DNA from: Intoshia linei | Taxonomy: Eukaryota; Animalia; Orthonectida | Reading direction: 5' to 3' | DNA: 32,683 nt | Assembly: GCA_001642005.1 (NCBI GenBank) | Contig: LWCA01000313.1 | Span: 1 to 32,683 of the forward strand | In this document: positions 11,870 to 22,797 of the stretch, piece by piece | How positions within the stretch are numbered: the stretch's first letter is position 1 | Layout: every line of letters starts with the position of its first letter | Made by a program: the position numbers and the translations under genes | The notes under the pieces: generated by a model | What the model was told of the DNA's origin: nothing | The model's database searches: none | The model's input: the letters and a program-made list of their open reading frames with translations, nothing else

Positions 11870-13436
11870 TTAATCGTAAACTGTTAATTTGAATATTTTG
11901 CGACCCAACATAACAAATAAATGATCATTATGCGATTCAAACAAAACTTTTTCAGATAAGAACACGTCAGGTGTCGGATACGTAATGTGGTATACATGAG
12001 TATCCGTTTTCCAATTAAAATCCTGAATATTTAAATGATTAATGGATTCGTCTTGATAATTTTTAATCCATGTCGGATGACATTTTCGATAATAACAAAT
12101 TACTGACAAATGTGGATTAATTTCTATTAAATTTGGTTCATGTTCCAAAATTTTATATGGTACATTGAGACCATTATATCCTAGACTTTTTAGCCAAATT
12201 TTTTTAAAAGATTTTTTCATGTGTATCCAAAAAGGAGCAAAACGCTTAGAAACAACTACTCCGAGATTAATTATGTTTGGAAATGGATGACTCCAATTGA
12301 CCCAGTCGTAAGAAGCCATTACATTCTTGACAATATTAATATCAATTTTTTTATTAAAATATGCATCAAAGTCAATGTAAATGCCTCCAAATGTGTATAA
12401 AATATCTGCTCTAATAATGTCACTCATTAAAGCTTTATAATTTGATGGTATTTCTTGTTCATGTACCCATCTGGTTTGATTAGTTAATATGAAATACACT
12501 TTACCCGTATTTTTCAATTTCTTCCAATAGAATCCTTCAAATTCTATATCGCCGTGTATGAATAAACTGTCAATTTTTTGAACAAACAAAAAACTTGCCG
12601 CACTAAGGTACATTTCAAATCGTAGTTCTCCTCCCCCAAACCAAACCATGTGTCCAATGTTTGGTACATTTTGCATCGCGTTTTTTTTGTACATTAAATT
12701 GTTTAAAAATTTTTCCAAATTATTTTCATTGTTCCATAAAGTTTTCGGAAAAAATTTTTTCTCGTAATCTGGGTTCAAATGTAAGCAAATTAATGTATCC
12801 AATTTTTGTTTGACTAAATTTAAATTTGAAGAATCTACACATTTTTGAAATTTATCACTATATGCCAAAAAATTTTCATCTAATTTTAAATTTGAACCAT
12901 TTTCAAAGTTTATTTTATTTGATGATATAATAATTCTAGGGTAAAGATAAAAACCGCCATAATTTGACGTATATTTTTTTAATTGCCAGTGCTTTGCATC
13001 TGAAAAGGCGGTGCAAAGTTTGTAATGTATTGATACATTGAATTTTTCCAATACAAAATTGTGATACGATGATTGAATTTCATTAAACCAGGTATAATAC
13101 ATTTCTTTGTCCATTTGTGGTTTCAGGTGGTAATGGAAAATGACGGTAGTTGCTAATCCATTCACGAATAAACTTTTTATACACAAATAATTTAAAAATG
13201 TGAATACTCCACCACACCATATTACATTGTAAGTGTACAATTTATTCTCGTATATTGCTACCCTGTCGGAACTCTGAGATGTATTTTTTAAATCCGCGTA
13301 GTAATTTATATATTTTCCTAAATTATAATTGTAAAGTAAATATTGAGTAAAATCTGCAAACATTGTTTAATGATGATTAATTTTTACCTGAAATAGTCAA
13401 TAAATATATTGTCATAATGAATAAAATACACTTCAT
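11870..13436 (-). CDS. Secretory-pathway glycosyltransferase with DxD sugar-binding domain (GT32 / alpha-1,4-GlcNAc- or Gal-transferase-like), about 510 aa
   Basis: Exon 13436-13388 (MKCILFIMTIYLLTIS, signal or anchor), a 34-nt GT-AG intron, then exon 13353-11870. The C-terminal domain has VPNIGHMVW, SDIIRADILYTFGGIYIDFD and INLGVVVSKRFAPFW, typical of Gly_transf_sug/GT32. Confidence 0.85.
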
Positions 13437-13994
13437 AATATGGTATCGCACAATTATGTTGTTATTCAACAATTTAATCAATGAATTGTCGTTACTCGAG
13501 AAATCGGATCATTGGTAAAAATGTGCCTACTTCTTACAGTATATGGCGAGCATACCAGCGTCAGTGTTTTTCTATTTTTTGTAATTACGAGTTATTAATG
13601 TTCATAATCAACTATTTATTAGGATTACAATACAAAATAAACAAGCGATCAGGCTATAAAAAAACCATTTTATGGTTAAAAGAAATATTTGAATAATTAA
13701 AATTTTTTTACTTATCCGTAAAACTTATCAGTAAACTGAAAAATGTGAAAATAATAAAACAATGAGAATGAATTTACTAAATTTGTAAACTGGATTACTT
13801 GAAACTATGAAACTTTGGAAACTATGGACTAACACTATGCAAAACTGGAAATTTTGGAAATATCGTGGCTACAGTATTTATGAAAACAAGACAACTAAGC
13901 TAATATCGGTAAAGTTCATTTAATTTTGTCACTAAATTTACAGGATTATACATAACTTTGAAAAGAGTAATAAAGAAAAAAAGTAAATCGCTAT

Positions 13995-16900
13995 ATGAAT
14001 AAAGAAAAAAATACAAATAGAATTTATGGAACTTCTCGGCAAAAAAACAACAATGTAATTACAAATACTTATAAAAATTCTTTTTCAAGATCATATAAAA
14101 ATTATTCTGATGTTCGACAAGCTAATCCAATAGATCATTGTTCAGAAAATAATGATATACATTTTAACAATAGTAATAAATATGATGAGCTAAAGACTCA
14201 AACGGTAAATTTTGACAAAAAAAACAATTCTCAAAATGTCAAAAATGGCAGTCGTAATGGTCAACAAGAAAACACACAAAAAAATACAAATTACCCAGAT
14301 AGATTAAGACGTAAAGAAGAAAAGCCTCGAACTGTTATCGATGAAGATAGAATGGATATACCTTGGTTTCGACCTACTAGTTATGGTTATAAACCAGGTT
14401 CAAATGTGGATACGAAATTTCATCCGAAGAAAAGAACTAATCAGAAAATTAAAAATAAACCAAAAATTGTAGATATACCTGACAGAGGTGAGAAACAGGA
14501 AAAAGGACAAATGAGACAAAAACCTTTTTATCCGAATGAATTCAAGAGAGATCGCGATAAAAACTCTAGAATCAACAACAGAAATCGCACTAAGCCCATC
14601 TCACGTGATTTGAGTTACAAACAAAATGAAGTGGAACATAATATGAGTCAAATGCACATTAGTAAATCTAATTATGATACCACAGCTTCAATGAATTTTA
14701 ATTCCGCCAGTGGCTCACGAGATAGTCGATTTTCATCTGAAATTTTTCCTGTACATAACGAATCACATGCACAAAAAATGTCACTTGGGGATAAACATAA
14801 TAAACACAGTGAAATTTCTATAGACTCAAATGTATATACGCAAAAAAATGTTCCTTATCAAAACGTCTTTTATGAAGGCCCAGCGCAATATATTACCAAT
14901 GGTCAAAATTACCCCATGGAATATATGAGAAAACCACGATATGATACTTCAAACAAAATGATTAATATGCCACAATCAATGTTACAAAATGATCAGAGAA
15001 TGCATCGCATTCCTCATAATTTACCAATTACGTCACATTTTGAAAATGTCGCATTTAGACATCCTTACTTGTCTAATTATGTGGTTCCAGATATTTCTCA
15101 CCGACCAAATATGGATAATAATTACACTCATACAGAATCTAATGTTAATAAACCAATAGACTTTAAAATTGGCGAAATTGAATCTTCGGTAAATTCATCC
15201 AAAATTAGCGAAAATCTCAGAAAAATTATGTACGATCCAGTGGAAAATGAGACAATCCAACCAGTTAACAACGATGTGAAACAAGATTACACTGTGTCTA
15301 ATTATCAAGATTTTGGCTCCAATCAAGCCAAGGCTAGAGAAGAAGCTAATTCTGACGATTCAAAAAATTGGCTATTTGAAAATTCACGAAATAATAAAAA
15401 GTTTAGAGAAATCTTGTACGATTCCGAATTAAAAATATCCGATTCTGTTGAAGAAAACCGACGAAATTCTTTTGCATCATCTGATAATTCTAAAGGTAAA
15501 ACCAGTGAATCAGCTTCTGTCAGGAGTAACGCTGTTGTTCATACAAATTCAAATTCTAGCATTACCAAAATTAACGAAGAATCTAATATTAAATTCAATC
15601 ATCAAAAAAATGAATTTCAGGTTAAAAAACGATATTCACCCATTGTTGAAGCTAAGACTTTTAATGAAATTTCTGTCGATATTGCTAAATTTAATACTAC
15701 TGAAACGTGTCTTAGACAATTTCTTACTATAGATAATTGGACAGACGATGTCTGGAATAGTATTGTTGAAGCTCGAACCAAGTTTCTGTCTATTGGGAGG
15801 GTTATGATGATTAATCATATTGAATATTCCAATTCTTCTAAATGTGATCAGACGGTATTTTATTTATGATTTTATCGATGTATTATCTACAACTATTCAT
15901 CTCATTGGTTATTTATTTTTTAAAATTTCGTTATATTTGATATTTTTATTTACATTAATTTGTTAGTTAATTTATCGATTATTGTTTATTTTATCTTTGT
16001 GTTTACTACTATTATTTCTTATTATTTTGTATTTTTATTTATTAACCCTTAGAGCAGTTTTCAAAGTTAAGTTTTTAAAAAGTTCCCAAAGTGGTCCACA
16101 TGGAACACTGGTGGCCCACAAGAAAAATTTCAAATAAAATGAAGATAAATTTTTTTAACAATAATGATAATAAATTAGAATTGTATCGATAATTTATTAT
16201 TATTAGTGAACGTAAACATAATTTTATCTGAAGTTTTACTGAATAACGTGAATAATTTTCACGTGCGTTAAATTTAATCTATGTAATGATTTAACTTAGT
16301 TTGATTGTAGTGTCCGGATTCGAACCTAGCAAGCCCGTCACCACTTCAAAAATGAAAAATAGCCCATTGAGAATTAATTAAAAATCACATGATCAATTGT
16401 TCATGTAATGTTATGCGCCATCTATATTGTTTTAATAAATTAAAACATTTTTCAGTTATTTTACATTTATTAAAAATTTAGGAGTGCAATTACACCTTCT
16501 TCACTCTTTGAATCCGCCCCTGTTTGGTATATATTAATTCAGTGAGTCTTAACGTGTGAGTTAGCACCCAAGGGCGTTTTCAAAATTTATGGAAATTTTT
16601 CAAATTTTGGTTCAAAAAGGTTGAGAACCCCAGTATTAAATTATATCATAATCCGATCAAGATTTTTCATGAGTTAATTTTAGAAAAACTATTTTTTTGG
16701 AATCGAAATTACAACATATGAAAAAAACATTTTAATCATGACAGATTGGTGTTTTTTTGTACCCCTTGTAATCTTTGATGATACCTATCGATTGTTTGCC
16801 TTTGTATCTTTGTTAAAAATGTTTTATGGTTTTATGAAATCTCTCTCCGTCTTCATCAGTAAAAAAGTGAGTATCGGAAAATTTGTGATAATAGCTAATG

Positions 16901-19900
16901 TTAAATGCTAAATGCTATAAGGCTTTTGATTTGATATTTTAAATTTAACACAAAATAATTATGATATTCAAAAATATAATTTTTTATGCTCAATTTGGTA
17001 AAATGAGCCCCACCTTTTCAAAAACTTTATAAAACTCAGTAAAAGTACAAAAAAGTTGAACACACTAGTATCAGGTACGGTAGGTTCGGCACTGTCGTAT
17101 TGTATATTTGTTTAAATGATCTAAACGACCACTTAGGAATAGACTATTAAAATGTACTCCTTTTCCCGCATTAAGAACTTAGATCATTTTAATTTCTTTA
17201 ATTGCTTAATGAGTTCATCATCCTCCATAAATCTAGTTTCGACATTTTGAATAAATTCAGCAATCTAGATGGTTGAAGGAGGGGTTCATATTTATATTCA
17301 ATAATTTTCCTATTTCAGTGTAAATTTGAAATAAGTAATAATATAATATAGTTATCAGTAACGATTTTAGTAAGTAAAAGAAGAGTAGCAATTCAGAAAT
17401 ATACCTTATCAGTGCGAAAAATCTTCCCTTTATTTTTAATTCTGTTTATGTCTTGGTCCTATAATCAGGTCATGTACTAAATTAGCATCTTTTTATGTTT
17501 TACTTAACTTATTGGTGTATTTAAGTAATGGTATTTTATTTAATTTAAAAATAATTTAGGTGTGGCAATATTCATACCATTGTATAATTGAAAAATTTAT
17601 AAAATCGAAAAAGGATCCAGAAAAAGTAACAGAAATTGTAGCGAATGGATTGGATTTTTACAAAACCTTAATTACAGATTTGGAAGCTAAACATAATTTT
17701 AATGTCGCGGAAATAATAAACAACAGCCAGATTGATGGTAAAATGTACCCATCTATGAAATTGGCAATAATATTAATTCAACAGTTTTTTATATATATTG
17801 GAGATTTGTACAGATATAGCATGAAAGATTCTGAATGTTTGGATTTAGCAGAATCACATTATCTGAGAGCAATGGCAATTGACGGTCGAAATGCTTTACC
17901 TTACAGAAGAATGTCAATTGTGTCAACCATGAAAAAAAAAGTTTTTGATATAATATACTACGAAATCCGTGTTTTATCCTTAAAAGCAAATTCCTTGTCC
18001 AATGAAGAATACGTTAAAGTTTTGTTTTGCAACATTTTCAACCGTACTAGCGAAATTGATAAGATTAAACAACATAGACTGGATCAAATCAATAAAATTG
18101 ACATGAATGAAACTCGTACTCGTAAAGAAATCTGGACCCGTAAAGATGGAACTGCAGACACGAAAATTGGATTTGAAGATGATATTGACGATATGTATAA
18201 AATTTCCACCAATGAACTTTTTTATAAATTTACTTTGGCATTTTTAAATGCACATGGTCGATTGCATGACAAAATTGAAATGCATTCATTTTACAAAATA
18301 AAATCTGAAGCCTTATCATCATTTGATTCGTTGCTGCATTCTACTGAAGAATCGATATTTAATCTTACTCACGAATATTTGTACAAACATTTAATTTTTA
18401 ACGTTTATTCCATACACATTTCGTATGACCGATACACCTCGGAAGCAGTATCCAGTCCAAAGCTGGTCGAACAATCTGTCAAATTTGGATTAGATTTTTT
18501 TTCTATCATATGTAAACATTTGCACGAATCTTTGACTAATTCTGCATGGTTAGCCAAAAATAACGATATTTTACTTAGTGCTATTCATATCTGGGCACAA
18601 TGGATGGACTGTCACACTGAAATATGGAAAAGTGTTAAACTGCCTCGAAAAAAGGAAACTGAATTTCACGTAGATACGTGGACTAATATTTGCGATTTAC
18701 TCAATGACATTAAACAATTTAGTGATGACACTACAAAGTTTACAAGCAGAAGAGAAAATTCCAAGAAACTAATTCTCATTCCTGAGGAAATGTTTTTTAA
18801 TGGATTTAGCCCACTTTCTAGTTTCAAACGAAAAACTATATACATTGATAACGATGCTAAAAACCCCATTGCTCTGTTGCATTATAGAATACTCTCCCTC
18901 AAATATTTTTCAAAAATGGTTTCTGAAATGGAAAACTCACCCATCTATCTCGATGATGATAAGTATTGCCCAGCCAAAGAAGTTGAACCCAAAACTAATC
19001 CATTAACTGAAAAAGTTTCTAAAAATGTAATTTTTAATTTTTTATAAATTTTTATTTTATGTAGTATAATCAGACTCATATTGATCCTAAACCAGTTCCA
19101 ATTAAATCTGTTTGGAATACTAATCCTTCATCAGAAATTGTCAGTTTGAAAAAGAAAAAGGCTTTACTGAAGAGCGAACTCGCCAAGAAATCTCTTGAAA
19201 AACCAGACAATATAGATGAATTTAACATGATGTCCGGGTTGACTAAAATCGAAATTCGAATTACTCCTGAAGTTTTGATTCCAGATACAAACTGCTTCAT
19301 TAGCTTTCTGGGTGAAATCAAAACTCTTGTCTGGCGTAGACGGTTCTCTGTGGTTATTCCATTCATTGGTATGTTTTGTTTTAATAATCATCTTTATAAA
19401 TGACTAGTTTTTAACGAATTGGAGATGTTGGCTTCAGGTAAACGCGCTAAAAATTATGCATTGGAGGAACACGCTTTATTTGTTCAAAATAGTGCTATTC
19501 AATCTGTAAAATTTATCGAAGATGAAATTGAAACTGGTAACCCCAGTCTGCGACTAATAGATATCAAAGGAGATTCTATTGCCGATATTAAATCCAACCA
19601 CGAAGAAGTTAAAAACAAGGTTGTTTAATAATTTATTTTATCATTATATTTATAGCACTCAAATGATGATCTTATTTTAAAATGTACTCTTTCGTTCGTC
19701 AAGGACAGCGCGAGCACTTATATTAAAAAAATGAAGGGTATGTGTTTACATATTCAATCAACTTAAATTGTATATAATAATAATGATAACTTAAATGTGG
19801 TTTTGTTTTAAGTAATTTAAGTAGCGTTGTCGATATCAAAATTGTTTTCAAACTTTCTATTAATTTGTTTAGGATAATTTTAAATTAAACTAGAAATACA

Positions 19901-20161
19901 AATAATTGCTATTAAGAGTTCATTACATTATTCATACCAAACTTATATCAAACGTTTTTTTAAAATTGGTTTACTTAAATTTAAAACTACGCTTTCTTTA
20001 TGATAATTGAATTTATTAATTTAGGAGCACCAATTCGCCTTAATAGAGAATGCGTATTGTTGACAGATGACAGAAATTTACGCCTTAGAGCGCATATTCT
20101 CAATATTCCAGTCAAAACCCTACCAGAATTTTTGAAATGGGCGGACATTTCAAAGGTTTAA
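13995..20161 (+). CDS. SMG6: SMG6 / EST1A telomerase-binding NMD endonuclease, about 1353 aa
   Basis: Exons 13995-15854, 17560-19026, 19065-19368, 19408-19619, 19656-19737, 20025-20161. Long disordered N-terminus, then EST1/14-3-3-like TPR domain (DQTVWQY, IGDLYRY, AESHYLRA). PIN domain retains catalytic acidic residues PDTN, NELE, NDDLIL and LLTDDRNLRLRA, which points to SMG6 rather than SMG5/7. Confidence 0.93.
16308..17094. mobile_element. Putative TIR element family with (C)AGTGCCGAACCTA ends, in SMG6 intron 1
   Basis: Left-type end CGAACCTA(G/A)CAAGC(C/T)CG...CCACT at about 16321 and 8525. Right-type end GGTACGGTAGGTTCG(G/A)CACTG at 17074-17094 and 25806-25826. TSD not resolved. Confidence 0.5.
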
Positions 20162-21004
20162 CATTTGTATTGTTTTCGCTGTCACTGTCATTACTAAGAG
20201 AATCATAATTGTCAAAATTTACCGTTGTTGCTGAAGAATTTACATTATACATTTTGGTTATATAACATTAAATTATTTCATATTTAAACTTTTGTTCAAT
20301 TTAATCAACATACATGTATTTCTGTATTGTGACATACAACATTAATTATTCAAATTTTTTTAATTACTTCCGATATGCGGCAATGAAAAAAAGTTTCAGA
20401 AACAACTTTAACATTGTAGCGTATAACGGTTCCTCAACTTTGCACATATTAGTGGTTAAATATATTTAAAAAAGGTATTACCGTAGTATATTTAAATTGC
20501 ATCGAAAAAAGGTAGCATTTGATCTCCAAGATAGATCTAGTAACTTTCTAACAATGTAGGTAGTGCCATGTGTAGTTGAAAATGTAAAGTTTTTAAAAAT
20601 AAATGCTAATGTATGAATTCACTCCCATATCATGATTCTTAGCTTAGGTACGTTTCTTTGAACCTTGTAGAAACATTTTAAAATATATTTTTTTGCGGAA
20701 TTTCTGGATAAATTATATATAGTTGTTATTGTGAATTATGTAATGTTATTTCGTAAAAAAACGCCTCGCAATCCAAGATAAAAGTAGAAAATTTTAATTT
20801 GTGAATGATTTTTCATGTAGCACATTAAAACAATGTCAACATTGAATATTTAGGTGGTCAAAAACCAAGTAAAACATCGAAAATGAAAAAGTATTGTTTT
20901 AACAGTTAGATAACGGTGGTTATAGTTACGATTGTCGAAAAAATTATTTTCATTCATCACTCGGACAATGGAATGACCACTATTAAAATAATTATTGTTT
21001 ATAA

Positions 21005-21288
21005 CAGGGGTCGGCAACCTTTTGTGTCTTGTGGGCCTTTTTTTTAATATTAAAAAATTATACGGGCCCGTTTTTGAAAATTTACACATGATACATTTCA
21101 ATTTTAACTAAAAAGAAACGATTATAGCATATTCAACAAAATAATATACAGGGTGATGTGAAAATTCAGAATTAAAATGATTATTATTACTCAGGCAATT
21201 ATACAAGTAGTAGAAAAAGTTGAACAATTTATATATTTACTCGCAGGCCACCAAAATTATTATGTGGGTCACTGGTTGCCAACATCTG
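21005..21288. mobile_element. hAT MITE with perfect 8-bp TSD
   Basis: TIRs CAGGGGTCGGCAACC / GGTTGCCAACATCTG. TSD GTTTATAA on both sides (20997-21004 and 21289-21296). Confidence 0.88.
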
Positions 21289-21587
21289 GTTTATAATATT
21301 GAACCATTAAATTACATTACACAACAAAAATCAATTTAAAAAAATATTTCTTTATGAAACCTACTACATCTGGTCCAGTTTTCTTTGTGATAATGAAGTA
21401 TACATTTTTATTAATAGTTTAGGTTGGTTCCTAAATAATGATCATCGAAAATAAGGTAATAAATCATCTAATTTGATATATAAGCTTTGTTTTCTCTTTT
21501 TTGCTAGTTTATATTTCCAACAGATTAAATGAAACATTTTGATGAGTTGAAAAAAAAATAAAAATATTTTTTACCTGTTACCTGTAG

Positions 21588-22011
21588 CAGTGGTTCCCAA
21601 ATAGGGGGCCTAAAGAGTCTGAGGGGGACCGCAGATTTACGAAAAATTTTTAAATTAAATTAGAATCCTTAACATTCATTTGATATTTAATTAATATATT
21701 TTTGAAATTCGGATTAATTTTGGATTATAATAAATTTAAATGTTATTAACCCTTACGAGACAATAACACGTATATAAACAAAAAAGAACAATCATAAATT
21801 TACAATTGTTTGTATACTAGTAACTAGTGTGTCAACTATATTAAAGAATGATTTATAACTAAAATAAAACCAGTACTATTAAAAGATAAAATTTTTTTAA
21901 TCAGTTATAATAATATAATAAACATATTCACTCTTATGTACTAATTGATCTTCTCTAAAAAAATTTGTATACTGTTAGGGGGTTGCAAATATATTTTTTT
22001 GGGAACCACTG
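21588..22011. mobile_element. Charlie-like hAT MITE
   Basis: Perfect 14-bp TIRs CAGTGGTTCCCAAA / TTTGGGAACCACTG. G-rich subterminal blocks. Flanks ACCTGTAG / ACCTAAAC. Confidence 0.82.
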
Positions 22012-22249
22012 ACCTAAACCTGTAACACCTGAAATAAATAAATTTTGTTAAAATCAAAATCTTTCTTTACGAAACCTATTTTAAATGGAAAATAATTAAA
22101 AAGTATAATTACAAAATGTTTGCCCGAAACCGTTTAGGTCTGAATCAAGAGTAATTCATGAATGAATGTTAAAATTATAAAAAGTTGAAAATAGTTTATT
22201 TACAAATATTTAGAATTCATAACTTTACACCACCAAGAATATTCCCATA

Positions 22250-22460
22250 CCATATTCTTTAAGTTTTTTTCGGTGATATCTATGGTCATATAACAACAAC
22301 GTTTGGTTGAACTGTTCTCCTTTTTCATCAGAGAAAGTATCACAGTTACGTTGAAATGTATCTGTATGAGTATCAATCATATGCGTTTTAATGTTGTAAA
22401 AGCAATACATGTCATAAGTCGTTATGAGATCTTCTAACAAGATTTCTTCAATTTTAATAG
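22250..22460 (-). pseudogene. C-terminal fragment of a CMC-superfamily (Chapaev3-like) DDE transposase
   Basis: NIKTHMIDTHTDTFQRNCDTFSDEKGEQFNQ...HRY matches the K-x-H-x3-H...SDE-x-GE-x-F-H-Q...RY signature I recall for Chapaev3-type transposases. The N-terminus of the called ORF is actually MITE sequence. Confidence 0.6.
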
Positions 22461-22471
22461 AATTGTATAAC

Positions 22472-22703
22472 CAAGGCTCTGTAGAGGAGGCTAGAGCCAT
22501 ATGACCCGGGCCTACAATCATAAGAGGCTACTTTTTAAATGTATTAATATGTAATGTTGGAAAATTTCCAGAGTACCAAAATTATAGTACAAATGTATAA
22601 TAAAATGTTCAATGCGATTTCGAACGGTTATTTTTTAAAAAAGTTTCATAAGGCCATACAGTTTCAATCTGGCCGGAACCTACTGTTGGCTCTCAAGGGT
22701 CTA
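22472..22703. mobile_element. hAT-type MITE family A, copy 2
   Basis: Degenerate ends CAAGGCTCTGTAGAG / TCTCAAGGGTCTA. Internal similarity to 1051-1318 and 28632-29196. TSD TGTATAAC / TGTATAAT. Confidence 0.75.
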
Positions 22704-22797
22704 TGTATAATTATATAATTGTTATGCATTATCCTAAAGATTAATGGCAATATGTAAAATATCAAATTACTCTGTGATAAAGTTGTGAATTTTAAAA

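Noticed and set aside
13481-13696. 71-aa ORF between GT32 and SMG6
   Set aside because: No homology or splice support, and it sits in a divergent promoter region.
16825-16860. Penelope-type hammerhead fragment CTGATGAAGAC on the minus strand
   Set aside because: The required GTCGAAA half is absent.
17140-17265. Coding-looking minus-strand stretch IAEFIQNVETRFMEDDELIKQLKKLK*
   Set aside because: Short, interrupted by a stop, and of no family I can recognise. Possibly TE debris.
15448-19391. Alternative-frame and antisense ORFs overlapping SMG6 exons
   Set aside because: Shadows of the real CDS with no independent motifs.
20365-20680. Possible small spliced gene on the minus strand downstream of SMG6
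   Set aside because: A GT-AG model can be forced but gives about 50 aa with no recognisable homology.
20850-21101. 83-aa minus-strand ORF
   Set aside because: Starts inside a MITE and crosses its terminus.
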